64,000 nt of DNA, taken from assembly GCA_965240325.2 (NCBI GenBank), contig OZ251222.1:1364001-1428000 (forward strand). The letters are read 5' to 3'. Positions 20,839 to 32,130 of the stretch are shown piece by piece. This DNA comes from Rebecca billardiae RCC1528 (lineage: Eukaryota > Protista > Haptophyta). Both the position numbers and the translations under genes were made by a program. Below the pieces are notes generated by a model that was not told where the DNA came from, did no database searches, and worked only from the letters and a program-made list of their open reading frames with translations. Numbering within the stretch: position 1 is the first letter of the stretch; the number at the start of each line of letters is the position of its first letter.

Positions 20839-21599
20839 CAAGGGTAGTAAGGGTGCGCAACTCCGCTGGCGACAGCCGCGGAGGTCGGGAGGCAAGGGCC
20901 TTGTCGGGAGGGCTCTGTTTGCCTCGGCGAGCGGTGCGAGCGGAGCGGAGCGAGTACTATCAGCGGCGGAGGGCGGCGAGGCCGCGCACGGCGTGAAGCG
21001 CGACGTCGGCCGAGTCGGTCCGCAGAGGATGCGCGGCGCTCGGCCCGCTGCGCAGCAGCAGTGCGCCTCAGTTTGCTCTGAGCGCCGTCCTCCGCGTCGC
21101 CTCCTTCCCGCCTTGGAGCAGCACGCATGTGCGCGCCGCCACATTGAAGGCGGCACGGGCTCGCTCGGAAGACCGCGCGCGCGTGGCGCGCGACTTGGTC
21201 GGCTGCGCGCGCGCGCTGTCGCGGGGCAAGGTAGCGCCATCGAATGCGCGCGCCGTGCCCGCGCGAGCCTTTGCTCACGGACATCTCATGAGCGTAGTGC
21301 TCGCTTGCCTGCTTGCTCTCACGAATGGTTCGCTGTGCCTCACGCCGGCACTGTTCGGGTCGATCAGCAGGGCGTTGAGTGACATTGGAAAGCCAGGACG
21401 ATGGCCAAGTCTTGTGTATTCCTTCTCAGCACGAATGCAAGTGGAAGCTAAGGCTCCGCATCGATGGTACCAACACTCACGCCGCTGTCTTTTCCAGCTT
21501 CACGTCAGTCGGCAAGTCGGATGCGCAGGCAGCATTCGGCATGCGTGTGAGCTCGCACCCACGTGCGCGTACACGCTCTCCCGGTCGCACCCTTACTAC
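20839..21599. mobile_element. P/Galileo-like family copy with one long arm, the internal region and a short truncated right TIR
   Basis: Starts CAAGGGTAGTAAGGGTGCG and ends CGCACCCTTACTAC; homologous to 17586-18705; absent from the paralogous region near 32405-32480. Confidence 0.8.
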
Positions 21600-21807
21600 G
21601 AGCGACAGCCGATATAAGGTTTCGCCAAAAAAAACTTTCGCTGCCCCAGAAAAGAATCAAGCGACGCGACGACCGGCATCGCCCGCCCTCCCGGTCGGGT
21701 GGTCGGGGTTCCCCTTGCGCTGGGAGCTGTCGCTCGAGGAGCGTGTTCGCCGCCTGCCTCTTGGCGGTGGCCCCCGCTGCATGCGCGCCGTCAGCCACAA
21801 GGTAGCG

Positions 21808-24246
21808 ATGGCACGTGTTGGCTTGTTGGCGCTACTCGCCGGCGTGGCAAGCAGCGCGCTGGAGGATGTCAAAGCGCCTGCGATTGTGCACTGCCGTGCC
21901 ACCGACGATCCTGCCGCAGCGTCCGTGCGCGCGGCACTCACAGACGTGGATCCAAGCACCGGGCTGCTACGCCGGTGGCCCGTGCGCGACGACGACCGCG
22001 CAGCAGTGGTGATCCTCGCCGAGAGCGACGTGAGCGTGCACGCCGTCGAGCTCGTCGAGCACTACGTCGAGGAGGGCTTCGACCGCGTCTTCTTCCTCGC
22101 CAACGACGCGTTCGACGAGCAGGGCACGTGGCTGCGCGAGGCTCTGATTGGCGTCGACCCGCGGATGTGGGAGGTCACGCCGCTGCACGAGGCGTGCAAC
22201 CGTCCTGGCGGGGGCCGATTCTCGTTGCACGACGATCGCGATACGCCCACGCTCTCGACGAGCGGGGACGAGCTCCACTGGCATGACTGGCACGCCGCGC
22301 AGGAGCACGCCATCACGTGCGTCCTGCGCCGGCTGCAGGCTGAGGGCGGCTGGGGCTGGCTCGCACAGATGGACTCTGACGAGTATCTGCACTCGCGCGC
22401 GTGCCCTGGGCGCTCGGTGGTCTCCCTGCTGCGCAACGAGCTCAGCTACTGCGACGCGGTCTACACGCCGTGGCTCTTCTACTCGTTCGGCGAGCAGCAG
22501 GCCGAGCCATGCGGCCGTGTGCGCATGGCACTCGAGTGGCGCTGGCAAGCCTTCTCGAAGGGCGCCCCCGACAGGGAAGGAAAGAGGACGATGAGCGCCG
22601 TGAAATTCGATGCAACAGGAAACTACGCGAAGTACGTGACGCGCGTCAACTCGACATTGCGTCTGCAAGTGCACACTCCCATCTTCCGAAGGCGCAACGA
22701 TCTGGGACGTGAGGTGACGCGCTGCGCAGCATGCGTTCGTCTCCTTACGAAGAAGAACGCCGGTCACTGGGCGCCCAGAACATTCCTCGATGGCGAGAAA
22801 ATGACCACTATCAAGACGAAAGAGCGCAAGTCGCTGCAGAGCAGGACGAGCGCCAACGGGAACGACTCGTTCGTGTTCGTCGTCTCAGGGCACAGTAAGA
22901 GCAGGCGGCTGCTTAACGTGGTGAGGTTCGAGGCGCAGGTGCCAGCGCTCACGCTCGCCGTAGCGCACTACCGCGTCACCAGCTGGGTGCGGTGGCGCGC
23001 AAAGCGCTCAAACGAGTTCCCGCTCGCCTCGCGCTACTTCATGCAAAACAGGGGCGTCGGCGCGAGCTTGAAGCGCGTGTCCAATGAGTCCCAAGATGTG
23101 GCACGCGCCAACCGGCTTGACGTTCGTGACAGCTTCATGCGCGAGCAGCGCGCACCATTCGCAGCCAGACGCCGGCCTCCGATGGCCGTGCACAGTGCGG
23201 CTGGGCTTGCCACGCCGCTCGTCGTGAGCGCAGCTGAAGCGCAGGATGCAGTGGTGGGCATGCGCCCGCCCCCCGTGGGCTGTGCCGCTGCGTTCGGCGG
23301 GGCGCAGGTGACCCATGCCACGCGGCAGAACGCGCTCGGCCCCCCTGGCATGCTCTCATCGGTTGAGGCCAGAGGCTCGTTGCTCCGACTCGTCGTCGCG
23401 TGGACCGGTGCAGGCGGTGACGGCACGGCGGCAGCCGTTGCACGCGTGCTGTGCGCGCGCGGCGTGAAGACGATCGGCGTGGGCGTGCGCTGCCACGTGA
23501 GCAACAGCACACACGCGGTTCATGACGCGCTGCTGCGCTCGTGGGCCAATCTCGTGCGCGCCGCCACCACCGAGCAAAGACGGAGCGAAGTGCAGCGCAT
23601 TGCCTCCCACGTTGTGATGGGGTTGGTGGCCCTCACGCGCTCGGGCGTGCACGCTCTCGTGGGCGCGCCGTACGGCCAGCTGCTGCTCGAGCTCGCGTGG
23701 TTCGCCCCGCGCGCTGTGCTCGTGCACGTTGCGCAGCAGCCTGAGCGTTGGGCGGCGCAGCAGCCGCCACCGCCGCCTGCTGGCGCCAACATCACGGCGA
23801 CATCGGCAGCCGCAATCGTCGTCACAGCTGAGCACTGCCCTGAGGCTGCGCGCGCACGCCTGGCCCCGCTCTCTCCGCTTGCGTGCTTGACGGAGTCGGA
23901 AATCACGGAGAAAACGTTCACCACTCTGCAACAGCGCACAGCCGGTGACGTGGCCGCCGCTGCGCGCGAGTACGCCGCGCACAACGCGGCAATACGCGCT
24001 GCGCTGCTCGCTGGGCGTCCGCCGCGGCCTAACGAGCTCAGCAGCGGCAGCTACGTGGCGGCGTGCGCGGCGGACAACAGCGAATCCAGAGGCGATGCGC
24101 ACGGGCCGACTGCGACAGCAAGCTTGGGTGGCAAGGAGACTGAGCAGGCGAACTCTCATCGGTTGCGGTTGCGCTGGGCTGGGACGCTGGACGCGATCGC
24201 AAGCGCTGTGGCCGCCCCCAGCTTCATGTGTGATCGCGCGCGATAG
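21808..24246 (+). CDS. GT-A glycosyltransferase (Glyco_tranf_2_4/GT92-like) with a sulfotransferase-like C-terminal domain, copy 1
   Basis: Signal MARVGLLALLAG; ELVEHYVEEGFDRVFFLAND; WLAQMDSDEYL (DxD); AVAHYRVTS. Confidence 0.7.
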   Translation: MARVGLLALLAGVASSALEDVKAPAIVHCRATDDPAAASVRAALTDVDPSTGLLRRWPVRDDDRAAVVILAESDVSVHAVELVEHYVEEGFDRVFFLANDAFDEQGTWLREALIGVDPRMWEVTPLHEACNRPGGGRFSLHDDRDTPTLSTSGDELHWHDWHAAQEHAITCVLRRLQAEGGWGWLAQMDSDEYLHSRACPGRSVVSLLRNELSYCDAVYTPWLFYSFGEQQAEPCGRVRMALEWRWQAFSKGAPDREGKRTMSAVKFDATGNYAKYVTRVNSTLRLQVHTPIFRRRNDLGREVTRCAACVRLLTKKNAGHWAPRTFLDGEKMTTIKTKERKSLQSRTSANGNDSFVFVVSGHSKSRRLLNVVRFEAQVPALTLAVAHYRVTSWVRWRAKRSNEFPLASRYFMQNRGVGASLKRVSNESQDVARANRLDVRDSFMREQRAPFAARRRPPMAVHSAAGLATPLVVSAAEAQDAVVGMRPPPVGCAAAFGGAQVTHATRQNALGPPGMLSSVEARGSLLRLVVAWTGAGGDGTAAAVARVLCARGVKTIGVGVRCHVSNSTHAVHDALLRSWANLVRAATTEQRRSEVQRIASHVVMGLVALTRSGVHALVGAPYGQLLLELAWFAPRAVLVHVAQQPERWAAQQPPPPPAGANITATSAAAIVVTAEHCPEAARARLAPLSPLACLTESEITEKTFTTLQQRTAGDVAAAAREYAAHNAAIRAALLAGRPPRPNELSSGSYVAACAADNSESRGDAHGPTATASLGGKETEQANSHRLRLRWAGTLDAIASAVAAPSFMCDRAR

Positions 24247-25580
24247 ATACTAGATAGACGAGCTCGATCGATATAAGCAGCTTGTGCTCGTTCGCCACTG
24301 AGCTCTAAGCTACTGCGGCGAGTTCTTCGCTCAGACGAGTGTGGACAGTGCGGGCGCTACACTGACTCCCAGTGAAGTAGAGTACAGCAGCCGGGTGTGG
24401 CAGCTGAGATCGACTGCTGCTGATATTATGGCGCACGCCCCCCCCGAAAGGTCTGAGCGTGAGCGAAAGCCGGGGGGGGCGGCGCACGTGCTCCGCAAAA
24501 TCAAAAAAGAGGATGCGCGCAGGATTTGGGGGATTTTTGTAGGTGGATTTAGGTGTGAAACCGCAGCATTAGAGACCCCATTTCGCTGCTCATGATTGCG
24601 TTTGTACTGCTCCTTAATCCTTGGATAGTAAGTAATAGAAGAAATCGAAATCAAATAGGACAAAGACATCTAGCTACCTTTCTGATAGTCAAGATTCGTG
24701 TGTTGAACTGACCATAAAAAGGTGAGATGTCGAACTAATTCTCTGGATAGCTGTTTACTCCTCAGATTCATCAGAGCGACGCGAGATGTTATTGCGCGGG
24801 TAGCTTGAATCGACGTTCCCGCGCGCCGTGGTATCATACGGTTATCAAGCTACTCTTGTTGATATACTTTTGGTCATCTACTGATACGACGTCAATGCGG
24901 GTGGCAATCGCCACCCGCATTGACGGGCCTGAAAATTATCATGAGCATAAGAGTTTCTACCGCTTCACGCACGACCCTTCGGATTCTCTCCCATTTAATA
25001 CCGGCGCGTCCGGGAGAGCTTGACGAATATGAAGTATGAACGATAAACTTGAGCGGACAAAGCTTCATAATATCTCCCTTCATGATTAATATTATACCAT
25101 GGTACGGCCTTTGTGGCTCGCGCATTGACGGGCGGGCAGCCGAGGCTCCGAACGAGGCGCCGAGAAGCCGCCACTGCCCATGTAGGCCGCCGCCGCACGA
25201 TCGTTCAATCCGACAGACTCAGCGCAGGTGCGCGCGGCTGCGGTGGGTCCCAACGGCCGTCGGCATCGCATTCGTGCCTCTTTCCCCCCTCGCGCCCCGC
25301 CCCGGTGCCGACCCGCGTCCACGCGCGTCGGCGCGCCCGTCGGCGTCGCGCAGTTTCTTTGTGCAAGCTCTTGGCAGCTGCTGCTGCAACTACGAGTCGC
25401 TCGCAGACGGCAGAGGTGATGCTGCTGGCGGCCAGAGGGCGATACGATGCCGTGTCTTTGACTGGGCTGTGCCGACCCATCACGGCCACGCGCGCGGTGC
25501 GCGGTAACCCGACTGCTCAGCCGCATCACCCAGCGCAGCTTCGCCCGCGACGACGGCTTCGCCTGGCTACCACTGCTCAT

Positions 25581-26097
25581 CAGCCGCGTGCCCGGCTTCG
25601 GCTCGGCGGGCGTCCGGTTCGGCCGAGCACGGCTGCAGCGCAGCACGCGAGACCTCGGCTGGAGCGGCCGGCTGTGACGCGGATGGCGGAGGCGGGCTTT
25701 GGGCTCGGGCTGCCCATGAGCCACCACGGGCTGTACCGTCTGCGCAGATCGCGCTCGGCCCGGCCGCAGCCCTCCTGAGCGCGCGCCTCAGAGCTGAGAC
25801 TGATCACGGGCAGGCGCACGAGCGACACTGCCGTCAGCCGCCGCGTGCCCGGCTTCGGCTCGGCGGGCGTCCGGTTCGGCCGAGCACGGCTGCAGCGCAG
25901 CACGCGAGACCTCGGCTGGAGCGGCCGGCTGTGACGCGGATGGCGGAGGCGGGCTTTGGGCTCGGGCTGCCCATGAGCCACCACGGGCTGTACCGTCTGC
26001 GCAGATCGCGCTCGGCCCGGCCGCAGCCCTCCTGAGCGCGCGCCTCAGAGCTGAGACTGATCACGGGCAGGCGCACGAGCGACACTGCCGTCAGCCG
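25581..26097. repeat. Tandem duplication, two units of ~257 bp
   Basis: Identical sequence offset by 257 bp (e.g. CCATGAGCCACCACGGG). Confidence 0.9.
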
Positions 26098-26227
26098 TGC
26101 GGCTGTGTCGAGCCGCCGCGTGTGCTCGCAGGGCCGCAGGCGCGGCGCTCGCATGGGCTCAATCAACGCGCCACGCGGGCGCAGCGGGTGCGCGCAGCTG
26201 GCGCACGCAGCCACGCGCGGAACTAGC

Positions 26228-26416
26228 TAGGGCCGTGCGCCCTCAACTTCGTTGTTTACTACCCGAAGATCGGCGTAGCCGATCATATATATATATAGAT
26301 TGTTTACTACCCGAAGATCGGCGTAGCCGAATATATATATATATAGATTATTATTATATGATCGGCTACGCCGATCTTCGGGTAGTAAACAACGAAGTTG
26401 AGGGCGCACGGCCCTG
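26228..26416. mobile_element. hAT-like MITE with ~60-bp TIRs and a TA-rich centre
   Basis: TAGGGCCGTGCGCCCTCAAC...GTTGAGGGCGCACGGCCCTG; a second left arm is at 30953-31012. Confidence 0.75.
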
Positions 26417-26569
26417 GACCTGGTAGTTGTGAGTCTAGTAGTTGTCGTGCGCATTCTTCACCGCCGAATCACGATGCGCGCGCCCCGGGCGCGTCGCCGT
26501 GCAGGAGGCGCGGGCGCGAGTAATCGACGCGATCGACGGCCTCGGGGGGCTGCGCCGTGTCGCGGCTCT

Positions 26570-27990
26570 TCATTCAGTCTTCACGCAGCCGGCGTGCCCC
26601 TCGAGCGCGCGCACGCACTCTGACTCGGCGGTGTCCCACGCCCACAGCCGCACGACCGCGTCGCTGTCGTCGCCCGCGCTCGCCGCGACGCGCCCGTCGG
26701 CCGAGAGTGCGACCGCCTCCACCCAGCCGGCGTGCGCTAGCAGCACAGCCTCGCACGGCCCGCGCGCGGCGAGCAGGGGCGCTCGCGCGCAGTGCTCGCG
26801 CCCGCGCGCCCAGCTGGCGCGGGCGGCCGGGTGCGCGGCGCGCGGCGCGCGCCGCGCCCACGCGGTCGCGGACTCGTGCGGCGCCGAGCCAACCGGCTGC
26901 TCGAGGCACAGCGCGAGGCAGCGGCCCGGCGCCGTGGCGGCGGCGGAGGCGCTCAGCCGCGCGAGCTGCAGCCAGTCCGCGACGCCGCGCGCAGCGCCGC
27001 AGCCTCCGCGCGCGCGGCCGCGCCCGGCTCGCCGCCGCCGCTGCCGCGCGCGTCGGCGTCGGCGAGCGCCGCGGCCGTGTCCGCGAGGTCGCGCACGTAC
27101 TCGGTCTCGAGGCCGTGCCGCGCGCGCGCCTCCCACCCGTCCGCGCCCGCGTCGGTGAGCTCGCGCGCCGCGTCGGCCGCGCGCCCGGCCGCGAGCAGCG
27201 CTTGCACTAGCTCCTCGCACCGGCGCACATTGAGCACGGCGGCGTCGCGGCCGGCGAAGGCCGAGGCGCGCGGCGGAGAGGAGCAGGGGCTGCGGCGCGA
27301 CGCGCCGCCGCCCGTCCTCGCCGCCGGTGGCCTTCGGGTGGCGCAGCGGTTTGGCGGCCTCGCCCGCCCACGTGCCAGCCCAGAAATCTGCGAGCGCGTG
27401 CGCGTCGGCCGCGCGGGCGTACCGTGCCGCCGCCGCCTCGGCCACCTGATGAGGCGGTGGTACCAGCGCAAACAAAGGGCCGTCGCCGCCGGCGGCGAGC
27501 AGCGAGCCGAGCGCGTCGCGCACGGCGAGCCACACGGGCAGCCGCACCACCGCCGGCACCCAGAACTCGAACACGGACGCCAGCACGTCCTCGTGCAGAG
27601 AGAGCGAGCCTCCTCCAGCTCGGCACTCGAGAGGCCGCGGCGCGACGCGCAGATGGCGCCGCACGCGCGCCGCACGAGCATCGCGCCGTGCAGCCGCTCG
27701 ACGCGCTCGAAGGTGGCGGCGACGGCGGCGCGCGCGTCGGCGGGCAGGTGCGCGGGCGGCGGCTCGCCCGAGCGCCACTCCGCCGCCGCGTCGGCGAGCA
27801 GCACGGCGTGCAGCGCGCTCGGCGCCTCTCCGAGTGCCGAGCGCACCGCCTCGGCCTGCCGCGCGTCGAGCGTGCGCCCCGCCGCGCCGAGCCGGCCTCG
27901 CACCACCGCCTCCGCGTCCGCCGCCGAGAGCCCGCCGAGCTGCAGCGCGGGCACGCCCAGCTGCGCGAGCCGCGTCGCGCACCCGTAACG
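26570..27990 (-). pseudogene. Frameshifted fragment of an NWD1/NWD2-like NACHT-associated and WD40 protein
   Basis: FERVERLHG..RRACGAICASRRGLSSAELEE, FWVPAVVRLP, RWYHR, NVRRCEEL and the WD40 repeat HAGWVEAVALSADG...VRLW are split over different frames. Confidence 0.7.
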
Positions 27991-29357
27991 GTAGCCGCCA
28001 GCGTCACCGCCAGCGTCACCGCCAGCGTCAGCGCCCGAGTCGATCTGCGCCAAAAAGGACAGAGTCAAGAAGCGTGTCGAGCGGCGCGGTGGAGACTCAC
28101 CGTGGAGAGCAGCGCGGAGTAGCGCACGCGCTCGCCGCCCTCAAGCACCGCCTCGTGCTCGTGCGCCGCGAACGAGCGGCTCGCGCCGCCGTCCTCGCTG
28201 GAGCCCGACGTGACGACGCGGCTCCGCGGTCTGCGCGCGCGCAGCCGCGCAAGCACCTGGGTATTTTTCGACCACTCTTGTCCCTAAGTGCGGCAGCTCA
28301 AAAAATGGCGTTTCGCTTCAAAGAATAATCGAATATACCAGCACCCTATGGGGGTTGAAAGAGATCGTACCTGTGCAAATACAAGAATTGATTGCCACCC
28401 GCATTGACGTCGCGCATCCGAGTAAGCTAGAGTGACCAAGAGTATAAGTCACTCAATATCAGCGTGGCGGGAACGCCGGTTCGGGCTACCCGCGCAATGA
28501 CATCTCGCGTGTATGAATCAAGGGTAATCAAGGGGCTTAAACCCGCCACTGAGAAGCTGACGGTTCATGACTTCATATGCCGGCATAATACTTTAATTCA
28601 AGCGACATAAAAGCCGACCCAACTTCTCTTTTCTATGGTTGGCGAGCTGTTTCAGGCTCTTACAATTCAGGCATCTTACTATGACGGAATGTTCGAACAC
28701 ACGGCTGGTGTTATGTGCTATTCCACCCTGCATTCCCCTAAGTGTTACTATCGTTAAAATTAGCATCCACTACAAACGCAATCATTGGCAGCGATATCCA
28801 TGCTCATACGCTACTCGCTAGGCCACCTACCGAAAAAAACCCAAAATCCTGCGCGCATCCTCTTTTTGATTTTGCGGAGCACGTGCGCCGCCCCCCCGGC
28901 TTTCGCTCACGCTCAGACCTTTCGGGGGGGCCGTGCGCCATTATAACAATCAATCATCAGCAGCATCACAGAGCGCAACAAATAATAATAATAACGATTA
29001 ACGGGCGCGCATGAAATCTTATTTTCTGATGCCATGCGTGCGTCGTACTCGTACGGCGTCGTACTATACCTACAATCAAATAATGCTAGCTACATTGTCA
29101 CTCACGATGTGACGATGTCCTCCGGCCGATTTCGTCGTATATATATTTATTTAGCAATAAGCATCAGCAGCAGCATCACATCAGTCATGATGACGATATC
29201 AATTTACAATTAGCGCTATCGATCGCTGTACTTACTGTCGACTCATGATGCACTACCCCCATATAGTCGATTAAAATTTGCATCGCATCCAGGCGGGGCC
29301 TACAACATAGCTCGTCGTTTTATTATTGCATATGTATTTAATAATGTTTTAATTATG

Positions 29358-29680
29358 GCGCACGGCCCCCCCGAAAGGTCTGAGCGTGACGGCGAAAGCC
29401 GGGGGGGGCGGCGCACGTGCTCCGCAAAATCAAAAAAGATAATGGCGCGCGTGATGCTGGTGGATGGGATTTTGTACTTGTAGCAGGGGGAGAGCTGCTA
29501 GTGAATGGCATTCAACCCCCTTGATGACGCTTGATTACGTTCGTACTATCCGATTCCCCTGCTCGTATTAATCTCTTTTTGCAGGCATCATAGATACTAA
29601 TAGGACAATTCCCTCGCTGAATAGCACAAATGGCCTTGGCCTTCTTGGCCCAATGCGGGTGGGATTCGACATCTCTATCT
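29358..29680. mobile_element. Additional family D left TIR with no partner found
   Basis: ATTAT|GGCGCACGGCCCCCCGAAAGGTCTGAGCGTGA...; CAATGCGGGTGG motif at 29651. Confidence 0.7.
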
Positions 29681-29899
29681 GCGAGGATTAAGAGCTCTCT
29701 GATGAAAGAAGTGTAGTGAGTGTGTCCTAGACAGCCTGAGCGTAAAGGTCAATAATTGCAGTTCTGATTCAAGATTCCGCCCAGCCCTTATTGCAAACTG
29801 ATTCAAAGCCAATGTGGGTGTGATCGACGCGTTGTGATGCACTATCTGGACTCGATGATCGGCGAACAGTCACGATCCAACTGCCGCCGGCACGTCGGC

Positions 29900-30800
29900 G
29901 CGAGTGTGATGTGGCTTTCTCGGTGCGATCGCGTGGGGCGCGCGGCGGCGTGTGTAGCGGCCAGGCGGAGGCGTCGGGGGCGGCGGCTGAAGGGAGCGAG
30001 GGCGGTGGTGGCGGCACGGACGAGGGAGGCGCGCCGAACGGCATGTCCGTCCTCACCCTCGCCAGCGGCGGCCGCCCGCGCGTCACCGCCGCCGGCTCTC
30101 AGCCGACGCCGCCGCCCGCGAGTGCCGCCAACGGCGCGCGGCGGGCGCGTCACGGCAGGCGGCGGGGGCGGCGACTGCAGTGAGCGAGGGCGATGGTGGC
30201 GGCGCAGTCGAGGGAGGTGCGCCATCCGGACAGCGCGGCGGCGCGGCGCGCGGCCGAGCGCGGGAGCCTGGGCGGCGGCGGGCGCGCGGCGGGGCCGATG
30301 TGCTGCCCGAGAGGCTGGCGCACTCGCCCAGCGCCGCCGCGCACACCGCCGCCGACCTCGCGCGCACGACCTCCGTCAACTCCTCCGTCAGCGGCGGAGA
30401 GCGCGTCGCCTCGCCGCCCACGCTGCCGCCCAGCCGGTTCGTCATCCGAGCGCTCGCCGGGCGCCCGCGGCGTGCGCCGGGCAGCGGTCGCCGCCTACTA
30501 CTAAGTGGTGGGACCGCCGCTGGGGGGCGGGGCGGGCGGAGGAGATGGCGGTGGCGAAGGAGGACGCGGTGGTGGACGTGGACGTCACGCAGTCCGGGCT
30601 GCACTGGCTCATCCACCTCCTCTCTGCACTCGACCCGCCGCCGTCACCGACGGCGCAGCAGCTGGCGGCGGCGCGACGGATGGTGGCGGGCGCGGCCGCG
30701 GCCGAGGCGGGCGCGCGCCGCGCGCGCCGCTGCGGCGGCGTGGAGCGGCGGGAGCTGAGCGGCGCGCTGCTGCACACGCAGTCACGCTGCGCACGTGCTG
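29900..30800 (+). pseudogene. Probable captured or degenerate gene fragment
   Basis: GC-rich coding-like patches (AKEDAVVDVDVTQSGLHWLIHLL) in shifting frames, lying between transposon ends. Confidence 0.3.
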
Positions 30801-30952
30801 CAGACGCTGTACGAGCGCGCCACCGCCGACGCCGTCGCGCCTCCGCTGCCCCCGCCGCACCGGCACCGTCCGACCGTCCGACCGTGTCGTCACAAGCCGC
30901 GGCTGCTGCTCACATTCACAAGCTCACTAGCTGCGTGATGGTGACTAGCCAC

Positions 30953-31012
30953 TAGGGCCGTGCGCCCTCAACTTCGTTGTTCACTACCCGAAGATCGGCG
31001 TAGCCGATCATA
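30953..31012. mobile_element. Left arm of the hAT-like MITE, interrupted by a family A element
   Basis: Matches 26228-26289. Confidence 0.75.
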
Positions 31013-31024
31013 ATGTATCATAAT

Positions 31025-31973
31025 GACCGCGCTCCGCGGTCCTTTTCTGCATAGAATCAACGCAGTTGGGGGCCCGCGCGGTGGCCGTGCAATCGCGTCA
31101 GCTCTCCGCCGTGGCAGTTCGCCAGTTGAGTTGAAGTACGGTTCTGAGTCCGACAGTCGCCTGCCTGCGACTGCTTGCGAGATCGACTCACTCACTCACA
31201 CTTCACAGCAGCGCGAGACTCACTCACACTTCACACAATCACAGCAGCGGACATGAGACCGCACCGGTCAAATCGGACGTCCGTCTGACAACTAGCTGCC
31301 AAATGTCCAACTGGCTGATCAGCTCGGATCCGACCCGCGTCCGCCGATCGTGCCGAGTGAGTCGTGCCGCGGAGCTCGGAGTACTGAAGGAGTCGGGTGT
31401 GACAGCAGGGTGCTTAGCGCTGCGGCCCGTGCCAGCCAACGACTACAAGTGAAGGAAACAGGGAGGGCTGTCGCAGCGCGCGCCGCGGTGGGAAGAGAGA
31501 AGACTTGCCTCCCATCTGCAGCTGTGGCAGCGTTCCCTCTCGCGGCGGTGGAAGGCGACGACGAGGAGGATTCTGACGATGCAATTGTCGACGACTGCTG
31601 GGAAGCCTCTGCGGTGACACTGTGCTCGGCCGTGTGCACAGCTGCTAAAAGTGGTTAAATTAAATAAATGCGCTACTGTGTTGGATGGCGTCAATCACGC
31701 CTTAACCAAGTGTGCACGTTAACGCGCGACTCGGGGTGATGGAGAGCGGATGGCGACAGCAGCAGCAGTCCTCATGAAGACGATGAAGCTGGCAGCACGG
31801 GTGCACGAGGTGGCAGGCGAAAACGCGCCGACGAGACCGCCTTTGACACACCTGAGCCGCACCGGCGCGTGCGGCGCCGTCAAGCGCGAGCGCTGCAAAC
31901 GCAACTACCGCGCGCTGACGCCACGACGGCGCGGCACTAGCTGATGCAGGCCGTACTACTGCCGGCACTGCTT
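31025..31973. mobile_element. Family A copy 3 (left part), with a foreign segment at ~31444-31722
   Basis: Homologous to 638-1367; joined at CACTGCTT to the duplicated segment. Confidence 0.8.
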
Positions 31974-31989
31974 GGCCTACTGCAGCATA

Positions 31990-32130
31990 CTGGCGTGCTC
32001 TCGCGTCTGAGGTCCGTGGGTTCAAACCAGTTTCCACTCATCCAGGTCTCTCTTCGGAGAGCGTGCGATGAAGGATGGCGCGGCAACCTGCGGCCACCGT
32101 GAGCCTTACGCACATTAAAACAAATAATTG
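31990..32130 (+). mobile_element. Short SINE-like element, copy 3 (duplicate of copy 1)
   Basis: Same sequence and flanks as 20354-20498. Confidence 0.6.

Larger units (their letters stand above)
24430..28939. mobile_element. Pack-type TIR element (family D, 4.5 kb) carrying host gene fragments
   Basis: ~110-bp highly similar terminal IRs (GGCGCACG...CGTGCGCC), patchy IR similarity to ~500 bp, ATTAT on both flanks. Confidence 0.8.

Noticed and set aside
21379-21807. N-terminal extensions of the GT ORFs (also 32323-32682)
   Set aside because: They run into transposon sequence and differ between copies; the signal peptide starts at the later ATG.
26228-26416. CRISPR-like repeats (TTGTTTACTACCCGAAGATCGGCGTAGCCGA three times)
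   Set aside because: Two direct copies and one inverted copy with TA-rich gaps; this is a MITE, with no unique spacers or cas genes.
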